A stretch of 64,000 nucleotides of DNA, from positions 197,966,001 to 198,030,000 of the forward strand of contig NC_042997.1 in NCBI RefSeq assembly GCF_006345805.1, given 5' to 3'. Of the stretch, positions 25,135-36,049 are shown piece by piece. Position numbers and translations under genes: made by a program. Origin of the DNA: Octopus sinensis (Eukaryota). Under the pieces are notes generated by a model. That model made no database searches. It saw only the letters and a program-made list of their open reading frames with translations, and had not been told where the DNA came from. Numbering within the stretch: position 1 is the stretch's first letter; every line of letters begins with the position of its first letter.

Positions 25135-25170
<36 letters not shown>

Positions 25171-25177
<7 letters not shown>

Positions 25178-25605
25178 ATTTTCCTTCTTTCTTCAAATTT
25201 TCTTCCGTTTCTCGCCGGGTTGTTTCCGTACACCTAGGGCAGAGAAGCTCATTGTATGCATTCCCAGATTACACACGCAAATTCACATGTAAAATATGTA
25301 TTTAAAAAATAAATAAATAAATAAATTCATGAATGGATGCTGTTTTCACAGTGATAATGCTCTTCTCAGTACATGAGTCGTTCCAGTTAACAAGATTTTT
25401 TGCACTTCCTGTAGGAATGGTAAACCTGGTATCAGTTTCAAATAGGTTTCAGTACCTTTTTTTATCATTCCTAGAGATCCTACAATCACTGGTACTTTAG
25501 TCACCTTGAGATGCCACATTTTTTCAATTTCTATTAGCAAGTCGTTATATTTATTGATCTTGTCAAATTCTTTCGCCGCTATATTGTGATCGTAAGGAAT
25601 ACTCA

Positions 25606-25606
<1 letters not shown>
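25171..25606 (-). mobile_element. R4/Dong 3' end (RLE C-terminus plus 3' UTR)
   Basis: ORF 25346-25606 KEFDKINKYNDLLIEIEKMW..PVIVGSLG; (AAT)n tail. Confidence 0.85.
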
Positions 25607-25646
<40 letters not shown>

Positions 25647-25737
25647 TATTATTATTATTATTATTATTGAGAGTGAGAGCGGCACACCAGCACAATGACA
25701 CTTGGGTACTAATATATGAAGCCCAATATACCAAGAA

Positions 25738-25910
25738 TTATTAGCACGCCAAGGTATTTCGTTCGTGTTTGTGTTCTGAGTTCAAATTTCTCCGAGGTCG
25801 ACTTTGCTTTTTGTTATTGGAAATCGATAAAGTATAGTACGTGCCAAGCACTGTGGCTGGTGTAAGCAACTGGCTCCTCCTCAAAATTTCAGACCCCGTG
25901 TCTATAGTAA
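25738..25910 (+). mobile_element. SINE B partial, diverged
   Basis: ttagcacgcc..gagttcaaatt..gaggtcgactttgc. Confidence 0.7.
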
Positions 25911-25928
25911 AGCAAATGATATTATTAT

Positions 25929-26447
25929 TGAGTGAGAGAGCAGTGCATGCCATCAAAGTGAAACTGGGGTAAAATATACGAAGTCCAGTATACCCATCAT
26001 GACTACCCGTCTGATAAGGGTACACTACGCACATGCATCGCAGGCATATGTACGCGAGATAGTGATTTCGTATCAAGACAAACAGCGCATGGTCTTGCAG
26101 GTGGGGCCCAGTTAGAATTTTCTTGAAGTCCAGCAGCCAATACCACTCAAAAGGTTCCTGATTAAGTTTACGGATGTTGAACGAAAGACCCATGTTTCTA
26201 GAGATGAATTATTCAAACTCCAAAGATTTCCTCTCGACACATGGTTATGATGCTCCCCCACTACTTCTGCTCGTGATCAGAGATGCAGATATCATCAGCC
26301 ACTAAGTAACATACTCAATTGGTTAAAGTCAAACAACTGACAAGCAAATCTGTGGTATTGAGCAGAATATTTGCTGTAGCGCATCATGATAACGCTTCCA
26401 TTCAGTTAAGATGAGAAAAACCATGAGAGTCACTGCTTGGTACTGCA
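25929..26447 (-). mobile_element. (TAA)n-inserted non-coding element, near full-length copy
   Basis: Homology to 15355-15913; its 5' end abuts the GAA tract. Confidence 0.85.
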
Positions 26448-27436
26448 TTCTTCTTCTTGTTCTTGTTCTTGTTCTTGTCTTGTTCTTCTTCTTGTTCTTC
26501 TTTTTCTTCTTCTTCTTTTTCTTCTTCTTTTTCTTCTTCTTCTTTTTCTTCTTCTTCTTTTTCTTCTTCTTTTTCTTCTTTTTCTTTCTTCTTCTTCTTT
26601 TTCTTCTTCTTTTTCTTCTTTTTCTTTCTTCTTCTTCTTTTTCTTCTTCTTTTTCTTCTTTTTCTTTCTTCTTCTTCTTTTTCTTCTTCTTTTTCTTCTT
26701 TTTCTTTCTTCTTCTTCTTTTTCTTTTTCTTCTTCTTCTTTTTCTTCTTCTTTTTCTTCTTCTTTTTCTTTTTCTTCTTCTTCTTTTTCTTCTTCTTTTT
26801 CTTCTTCTTTTTCTTCTTCTTTTTCTTCTTCTTCTTCTTTTCTTCTTCTTTTTCTTCTTCTTTTTCTTCTTCTTTTTTCTTCTTCTTCTTTTTCTTCTTC
26901 TCTTTTTCTTCTTCTTTTTCTCCTTTTTCTTTCTTCTTCTTCTTTTTCTTTTTCTTCTTCTTCTTCTTCTTTTTCTTCTTTTTCTTTTTCTTCTTTTTCT
27001 TCTTCTTCTTCTTCTTCTTTTTCTTCTTCTTTTTCTTTTCTTCTTCTTTTTCTTCTTCTTTTTCTTCTTTTTCTTTCTTCTTCTTCTTCTTTTTCTTTTT
27101 CTTCTTCTTTTTCTTCTTCTTTTTCTTTTTCTTCTTCTTCTTTTTCTTCTTCTTCTTCTTCTTCTTTTTCTTCTTCTTCTTCTTCTTTTTCTTCTTCTTC
27201 TTTTTCTTCTTCTTCTTCTTCTTCTTTTTTCTACTTCTTCTTCTTTTTCTTCTCTTCTTCTTCTTTCTTTTTCTTTTTCTTCTTCTTCTTTTTCTTCTTC
27301 TTCTTCTTCTTCTTCTTTTTCTTCTTTTTCTTCTTTTTCTTCTTCTTTTTCTTCTTCTTTTTCTTTATCTTCTACTTTTTTTCTTTCTTTTTCTTCTTCT
27401 TTTTCTTCTACCTCTCCTTCTTTTCTTCTTCTTCTT

Positions 27437-27466
<30 letters not shown>
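26448..27466. repeat. About 1-kb TTC/TTT polypyrimidine (GAA-type) tract with a 40-bp higher-order unit
   Basis: tttctttctt recurs at 26581, 26621, 26661 and 26701. Confidence 0.95.
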
Positions 27467-27467
<1 letters not shown>

Positions 27468-28169
27468 TTATTATTATTATTATATTATTATTATTATTAT
27501 TATTACCGGTAATGGTGTGCCGGAGATTTGTTCATTATATCGGTTGATAGCCGTGATAAGGTATGGTGTCGCGTTGGAAGGTGCAAAAAACAACCTACAG
27601 AACTGCTACACCGCCTGATGGGATGGCGATTTCTGCATCGGAAAGATGAAGTACAGCAGCCCTTTCTGTATGTGCACATAGCTATATACCCATAGATCCA
27701 TATGCGTATTGTCCTATTCGGAGAATTTGTTCCGAGACTGTTGCCACTGCGCAGATGTTTCTCTGAATGAGATTTGATGAGCGTATTAAATATAAATACT
27801 CACGCGTTTCTTTTGCCTATCACTGATTCCTCTGCCTTCCATAAGCTATTTCCACTTTGACAAACTTTTGTACATGCGTCGGATACATCATTTTTCGTTT
27901 ACAATTAATTGCATTAGTTCTTAACGGCCAGGTTTAATGTTTGTAACTAAAGGGGTTTATGCACACAGATACAACTGGCGAGCAATCCGATGACGTCACC
28001 TATAACTTGGCTATTAGGAGAATTTCCCTTCGGAGACAGTTACCGTTACAAAGGTTATTTGACGGACGTATACAAGAATTTGCCAAAACATCAAATACTG
28101 AGATTTCTTTTGACTATTGTTGCTTAATGTGATTTTAATCATATATATATATATATTATATATATATAT

Positions 28170-28320
28170 ATATAAGCACATAAATGTGAAAAAGGTGGAA
28201 AAAGGAGTACTCAAATACCAGAGGCAGAATAATATGCTTTATTTAAAAGCAGCAGAAATATAACAGAAGCTGTTACTCAGAGTTTCACGTTCCCGTTCGT
28301 CGGACACCTGTTATAAATAA
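28170..28320 (-). mobile_element. PLE pLTR-like element between (TA)n runs with a hammerhead variant at 28262-28312
   Basis: AACAG-G-TGT-CCGACGA-ACG-GGAA-CGT-GAAA-CTCTGAG-TA-ACA-GCTT-CTGTT. Confidence 0.6.
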
Positions 28321-28321
28321 A

Positions 28322-28360
<39 letters not shown>

Positions 28361-28364
<4 letters not shown>

Positions 28365-28517
28365 CAGGTGTGTGGTAAGCACCTTGCTTACCAACCACAT
28401 AGCTCCGGTTCAATCCCACTGGCGTGGCGCCTTGAGCAAGTGTCTACTTGTATATCTTCGGGCCTACCAAAGCCTTGTGAGTGGATTTGGTAGACGGAAA
28501 CTGAAAGAATCCCGTTG

Positions 28518-28551
<34 letters not shown>

Positions 28552-28564
28552 TATAATATATATA

Positions 28565-28609
<45 letters not shown>

Positions 28610-28850
28610 GTGTGTGTGGTGTGTTGTGTGTGTGTGTGTTTGTGTGTCTGTGTTTGCCTCCCTACCATCGCTTGACAACCACCGATGTTAGTGTGTTTAC
28701 ATCTCCGTAACTTAGCGTTTCGGCAGAAGACTGATAGGATATGTACTAGGCTTACAAAGAATATGTCCTGGTGTCTATTTGCTCCACTAAAGGCGGTGCT
28801 GCAGCATGGCCGCAGCCAAATGACAGAAACAAATAAAAGAATAAAAGAAT
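28361..28850 (+). mobile_element. SINE family A
   Basis: Full-length homolog. Confidence 0.9.
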
Positions 28851-28907
28851 ACATACTTTCACACACACAGACACACAACATACTATATATGTATTATATA
28901 TACTTAT

Positions 28908-28942
<35 letters not shown>

Positions 28943-29215
28943 CGTGCATACATACCTACATACATACATACATGCATACATACATATATATATATATATG
29001 TATAGACGTAGTTAGACGTAATTTAAATTTAAAACCAACAAGGAAAATAATTCACTGTCACCAAAAAGTGACCGAGTGTACACGGAGCACCAGCAATGCT
29101 ACGAATAGCGAAAGACTCTTTAGACACAAAAGCAAAAGGCCTATGTACTGACATGGGAGACAAACAGCTCACCGCATACATAATACATACATACACACAT
29201 GTAATGTACATCATA

Positions 29216-29253
<38 letters not shown>

Positions 29254-29305
29254 TATATATAATATCTATATCTATATATATATATTATATATCTATATCT
29301 ATATA

Positions 29306-29346
<41 letters not shown>

Positions 29347-30266
29347 GTTGTGTATGTTTGTAGATATATGTATGTTTGTAGATATCATATATATATATTT
29401 ATTTTCACGTTTATATGTGTGTGTGTATGTATTTGTGCATGTGTTGTGTCTATATATATAAGCACATACATATAAATATATAAACATACATGTATGTATA
29501 TACACACAGACACACGCATATATATATATATATATATAGGTATATATATACATATATATACACAGACACACGCGCACGTCAGGATATTGCCCTGCAACAT
29601 GGAGTCTGCTCCCTGTGTTAACATGTTATCAGATTGTCAATACGAAGATGTCGACTATGTAAATCGGATTTAAAAACATCAAATTAAAAACAACAAAAAT
29701 ATAATCCAATTAATAATTAAAAATTGAAGTAAATACGATGTAATTAACTTTTTGTCTCCATTATATTCAATGAACAATATTCCAGATTTGGAAGTTAAGA
29801 TGAAACGCATTCGTTTGAGAAACAAATAATTCGAATAGGCTTAAATTCAATCGAAATTTGGCCGAGAAGAAAAACATTGACTAGATATGCAACATTTGTT
29901 TAGTAGTGTATTAGGAGCATGATATATTCTAAATTGGATGATGAAGCAGTCGCTTTCTTTAAAAACGGATATAAAAAGAACAGTTTCCTTACGTTTTGAA
30001 TGTTTTAATTTTGATAGTTACAAGAATCTTTGAATTAAGCGTAAAAGAGAGCGATGTTTTAGAAGAGAATTAAGATTGATTAAATTTCGGTATAGACTTT
30101 CTAATGACCTTTCAAAATATAGTGTCTGTGGAAATGAAATTAAAAATAAAACGAAAACCAACCAATTTTTTGAATATCTGATAATTTGCTCTATGCGTTG
30201 AGCTTCAATTCTCTTGTTTGTGAAAAACCAAATGCACGCACGCAGATACACATATACACGAATAAC

Positions 30267-30312
<46 letters not shown>

Positions 30313-30315
<3 letters not shown>

Positions 30316-30530
30316 TCAGAAATTTGGATGGTCTTATATTTACAGATAGTTATTAATATGTCACATGTTTTTATAAATCATATATTAGCGCTTGCGTCCA
30401 CTCTAGCGGAGTCTTCAGATTTGAATCTGAAGACTCCGCTAGAGTGGACGCAAGCGCTAATATATGATTATAAAAACATGTGACATATTAATAACTATCT
30501 GTAAATATAAAACCATCCAGGTCTCTGAGT
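30313..30530. mobile_element. Palindrome with about 108-bp arms and a 2-nt loop, carrying two degenerate hammerhead motifs
   Basis: CTGAAGA(30427-30433)-C-TCCGC-TAGA-GTGGA-C-GCAA-GCGC-TA; centre at 30422-30423. Confidence 0.85.
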
Positions 30531-30659
30531 ACCTTATTTCTTCTGATATATAAGACCTGTACATCATCTTCAAACCTTCTAATATATATATACACATATA
30601 TACTTTGTAACTAATTTATATTTTATTCACCTAACTTGAATCTGCACTTTGGAAATACT

Positions 30660-31010
30660 TTCTTTCAAGTCCCTGCTTGGAACTTAGTATGCTAGTTTTG
30701 TAAGCTCTAAAATTCACTCTATAATTGCCCACAGGCATATAAGAACGCGGGCACTAACCCTGGGATTCTAAATTCTAAGTTAAATCCCAAGCAGAGACTT
30801 GAAAAATAATATCAACCGAAAAATAACATCAACAACATACCTTATGAATGAGAACAGTGTACCCCATTAGTCAAATAAAGGGTTGGGTTCAAAATTTCAT
30901 CAGAAAACCTGGTGAAGACTGGAGAATACTTCAGCCGAAACGTTGTGATAACAAACAAGGTGAGTACACCTGTCCGTCCATTGTAAGTAATGTATATAAT
31001 TTCTCATCTC
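30660..31010 (+). mobile_element. PLE pLTR-like element with short inverted repeat and a degenerate hammerhead motif at 30907-30946
   Basis: CTGGTGA-A-GACTG..CAGCC-GAAA-CG-TT; inverted repeat about 30663-30687/30775-30804. Confidence 0.5.
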
Positions 31011-31422
31011 AAAAATATAGAATAGTAAAGCATCTTTGTATTTAGATGAGGCCCTGCAATGATCTGAGCTTCTTCACCTCTTTTGAGGTGAACAAAGTTG
31101 CCGTACAGACACAGAAATCAAGCAAAATCACGAACGAAAAACTTTTTAAGATAACATAGTGTTATTTTAGTATTGTTTGGTTTTATTTCTAGTAAATCAA
31201 AACTCACAAGTTGAACCTCCTTTCTATAAAAAAAGGAGCAAAGTGAATAATGTTTTCCTAGATAAGGTTCATAACCATAGTAGAATTGTAGGATATAAGC
31301 TGACACATAACGAAGCAATAGCTGAAGCTAAGGGGAATCCTCAAATCTGCGGTGAACGTAATCACTTTTCTTGCTTGAATATACTGGAAATCTGAGTAAA
31401 CAGAATAAATTAATAATTCTTA

Positions 31423-31459
<37 letters not shown>

Positions 31460-31707
31460 TATTGCTTTTTATCCGTGCCATATGAATAAATAAAAGACAT
31501 ATTTGAATCTTCTTTAAACTGCATGAAGTTTTATGTTCTCTACAACTAAAAGTAAGGTTTCCTAAATTACATCAATCTATGTTTAGCATTTTCCCCACAA
31601 AAATTTATGTATTGATTGGACTGAATTTATTTGTTTGCGATTATTTTACATCATTTTTAATGCTTCGAAAATATCGAAATTATGTTTTATTGATATGAAC
31701 TAATCAT

Positions 31708-31915
31708 AAGACGGTGAGCTAACAGAATCGTTACCATGCCGGGTAAAATGCTTAACGGCATTTCGTCCGTTTTAACGATCTTTGTTCAAATTTCACAGAG
31801 GTCGACTTTGCGATTCATCATTTCGGGGTCGATAAAATAAGTACCAGTTGAGCTCTGGGGTCGATGTAATCGAGTTTCCCCTCCACTGAAATTGCTGGTC
31901 CTGTGCCAAAATTGA
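31708..31915 (+). mobile_element. SINE family B, diverged
   Basis: Head and core homology. Confidence 0.85.
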
Positions 31916-32299
31916 AGTCAACGTGAACTAATTACTGTTTTTAACAGACAAAAGAAGTGAAATATTGGTGGACAAAGTACACAACAGGTACTTTATTTTT
32001 AAAGTTTCTCGCGGGAAGAAATGCAAAGACGCCATCCGCGGGATTTTAAATTAGAACGTAGAGCCAGAAGAAAGTTATTCTTTTCTTGGCTCAATCGATT
32101 CTTCTAATCCTCCGCTGCTAATCTACGAACTGCTAATACAATCAATGTATAGTCATAATTATTTGTTAGGTACGTTATTAAGGATTACAATGAATTAAGA
32201 TCTTGGCTATTGTTTTGAATTTATGCAGGTATATTATGGAAACAGCTTTTCTTTAAAACATAGTTTGTAAAACCATTCATGAGAGCTTCAGTATTTTCC

Positions 32300-32680
32300 A
32301 TACAATGTGCCGGCAGCAAGGTAAATGATAAACTGCTGCAAGACTGCGATAACATCGTTTATTCTGAATTGTCAACAGGAAAATGTCATCATGTAAGACC
32401 ACAAGTGAGGTTGAAAGACGTCTTGAAGCGAAACCTCTCACCCTGAATTTAAGAAGTTCAATACTGATATCATGGATGGAAAATCATTGAAAGGATTTTT
32501 CTCAATTTGGCTACGAATTCTTTGAGCAACACGGACAGGTTAAAGAGCCGCAGAATCGTCCACAAAAAAATATGAGGCATGTTACCATCATTGAAGACAC
32601 AAGAACTATATCATGCATTGAATATTTCAGTTAATTTTGGGTCTCAACAGTCACCTAATGTGTGTCAAAGTATGTATAAA
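32300..32680 (+). mobile_element. Decayed RTE-clade LINE 3' fragment
   Basis: IVYSELSTGKCHHVRPQVRLKDVLKRNL resembles the RTE post-RT motif. Confidence 0.6.
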
Positions 32681-33069
32681 TATACATACTTATACGGATG
32701 TATTCGTATATGTATACACCCCCACACATATACATACGCATAGATGTATGTATATACATACGTGCATATATATATATATGTATACAAATGCATAGATTCA
32801 CACACATAAACACACACACATATATAGGTTATAAGAGGTAATGCTGTCCTTGAGACCCAAATGTGTCAGGTAATGCTGGATAAGTGCTATAGACAAACCA
32901 TAGTTACGTTCTAGGTTCGGTGATTTTGCAAATAAGGGGTTCAACGTTAGTCATATGTTAGCGTCTGTATATAAATTTTTTTTTGCGTAATGAGATATAA
33001 AAAATAAGGCTGTGTAGAAATTAGAACACACACCCTTGTTTTTTTTTATCTCATTACGCAAAAGATTCT

Positions 33070-33119
<50 letters not shown>

Positions 33120-33136
33120 TATGTATATATATATAT

Positions 33137-33522
33137 ACTCTTTTACTTGTTTCAGTCATTTGACTGTGGCCATGCTGGAGCACCGCCTTTAATCGAGCAA
33201 CTCGACTCCGGGACTTATACTTTGTAAGCCCAGTACTTATTCTATCGATCTCTTTTGCCGAACCGCTAAGTAACGGGGACATAAATACACCAGCATCGGT
33301 TGTCAAGCAATGCTAGGGGGACAAACACCCCCCCCACATATATATATACATATATACGACGGGCTTCTTTCAGTTTCCGTCTACCAAATCCACTCACAAG
33401 GCTTTGGTCGGCCCGAGGCTATAGTAGAAGACACTTGCCCAAGGTGCCACGCAGTGGGAATGAACCCGGAACCATGTGGTTGGTAAACAAGCTACTTACC
33501 ACACAGCCACTCTTGCGCCTAT
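33137..33522 (-). mobile_element. SINE family A
   Basis: Full-length, low divergence. Confidence 0.9.
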
Positions 33523-33857
33523 ATATCATGCATTTAGGTAAATGAAACGAGAATGAGCCTGGAGAACTAACGCTGAGTGGTCGCTGGATCGTATTTGAAC
33601 AACAAATATAAAAAAGAGTATAGTCTATAACGTACAAGATAAATTCTTGATTCATTCAATTTATCTCCATCACCAGGAATGGTAGGCAAATCTCTTGGTG
33701 GCAACTGATACCAACTACAAATGTAAAGTGAAAATAATGTCGAGAATAAAGCATTTTCGTAAACTGCAATTCCATTTACCAAACGACAAGACAACAGCTG
33801 TGAACATTTGTATGTCTGAACAGGTGTCCACACAAACAAACACGCATACATACACCG

Positions 33858-33890
<33 letters not shown>

Positions 33891-34069
33891 CTTATATACG
33901 CACATACATACAAACTTCTGTTGATATTTCATCATAGAACAGGGTCGACCACATGCTATGTGAAGGATTCAGTTCCGGTTGACTGAGTGAATTATATAAT
34001 ACGCAAGAGTTAAAAGCTTAGATACATCACGTGTACATCTGTTTTTCCAACGTGGTGTGTGCGTACACA

Positions 34070-34095
34070 TATATGTCTGTCTGTCTGTCTGTCTG

Positions 34096-34179
<84 letters not shown>

Positions 34180-34580
34180 AAAACATACATGCATATATAT
34201 ATATATGATTATATAAAATATAGATATTATATATCCATATATATATTGAATTATATATTATATTATATATATAACAACACGCACACATATATGCATACAT
34301 ATGCGTTTGTATATTTTTGTACACATATGTATATGCATTTATATATACATATACATAAATGTACATAAATGCATATATATATGAATATATGTATATATGT
34401 GTATATGGAATATGTATATATGCATATAATATATATATGCAATGTATATATATATATATATAATATATATATATATACATATAAGTATACAAATATACGC
34501 CGTATATATATATATATATATGTGCGTCTTGTGTGCGTGTGCGTGTGTGTGTATGTGTGTGTATGTGTGTGTCTGTGCGT
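34070..34580. repeat. Compound (CT)n/(TA)n/(TG)n tract
   Basis: Direct inspection. Confidence 0.9.
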
Positions 34581-34692
34581 GTATGTAAGTACAACGTGCA
34601 TTAGAGCAAATTCGCCAATTTATTCTTTATTGATGTAACAGCTCAACGTGTGCAGACTGCGTTGTGTCCTGTTTGTTCGGTCGTGTGTCTAG

Positions 34693-34790
34693 CGAATATC
34701 GCTTATATTGAAATCGGAACAAGACGACGAGCATCCCTGACTGGAATAGACGAAGAAGAGACGATAATGGTGGAATCAATGGTATACGAG
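34693..34790 (+). CDS. Weak candidate exon (NIAYIEIGTRRRASLTGIDEEETIMVESMVYE)
   Basis: Unique, less AT-rich sequence; donor GAG/GTGAGG at 34791; weak acceptor. Confidence 0.2.
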
Positions 34791-35429
34791 GTGAGGATAT
34801 TAGTGGAGATCTATGACGACATTAGCTGCGATCAATACTTACTTCCTCATTCTCCCTTTTTACTGTTTCACTGACGCAATGCCAAATCTAATGTCAATTT
34901 AGATCTCGCCGTGGAGCTTACATTGTCTATTATTATCGATTATATTGATCTACAATTATGGGTGACATCAGTGTTGTGTAGCAAACGCAGAGAAACAACT
35001 CTTCTTCTTTTTATTATGCTGCGTATCGATTCCTGAAACCGGCCTATCCTGTCTTTATATCAGCATCATGAATGGATTGTGCGAAGACTAAAGACAGTGT
35101 TTGTTATATATGACAATATATAATAACTTGAAATAGTTTTCTTGCAGTCGGTCAAGTAAGTACGTGCCTAAGTACATAACATCTTTGATCCTACATAAAC
35201 CTATAACTTTGATTTGGTAGAGAAAAAACAAGCAAACGAAAAACCTCTTAACAAATGTCGGATTATACTTCATGTGAGTTATAAAAAAAAAAAAAAGTGT
35301 TTTCGCCTCAACAAACTTTCTGAGTGTTAACAAGTCAACAGGATGAAGGAATAAAGTGCCTTCATTTGGTAACTTTTGAAGTTACTTTTGATGATAATAG
35401 TACTAAAAAAACGTTTATATAAATATTGA

Positions 35430-35709
35430 TTCTTCTTCTTCTTCTTCTTCTTCTTCTTCTTCTTCTTCTTCTTCTTCTCTTCTTTCTTCTTCTTCTTCTT
35501 CTTCTTCTTCCTATCTTCTTCTTCTTCTTCTTCTTCTTCTTCTTCTTCTTCCCTTCTTCTCCTTCTTCTTCTTCTTCGCCTTCTTACGTTCAAATTCTGC
35601 CGAGGTCAGCTTTGCCTTTCGGGGTCGATAAATCAAGTACCAGCGAAATGCTAGGGTCGACTAGTATCCTCCCTAAAATTTGAGACCTTGTACCCCTGGT
35701 AGAATGGGT

Positions 35710-35768
<59 letters not shown>

Positions 35769-35780
35769 TTATTATTATTA
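35430..35780. repeat. (CTT)n and (CTA)n(ATT)n runs around a SINE B fragment (35578-35705)
   Basis: Direct inspection. Confidence 0.85.
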
Positions 35781-36049
35781 TGAAAACTTTTCCTTGATAT
35801 CTGCTGTATTTACGCATTATCCACCGGACGCCACCCAGATACCTGATGGGAAAAAAACGCACATGATAATTTTTTTTAATGGATTGGATGATTATAGGAT
35901 TGAATAAAGTTTTTAAAGTAGCACGTGTAAATATGAGTGACAAATAAAAATGCTATAAAACTATTAAATACAAAGTGATAGTACTTTTCGTTAAAAGTAC
36001 AGAGTTTCTATCAGGTATATTTTCAGTATTTCTTTTAAGCATGGTTTTC

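Noticed and set aside
26411-27618. 350-390 aa poly-F/S/L ORFs in all three + frames
   Set aside because: A T/C-only tract cannot contain stop codons; this is an artefact of the TTC repeat.
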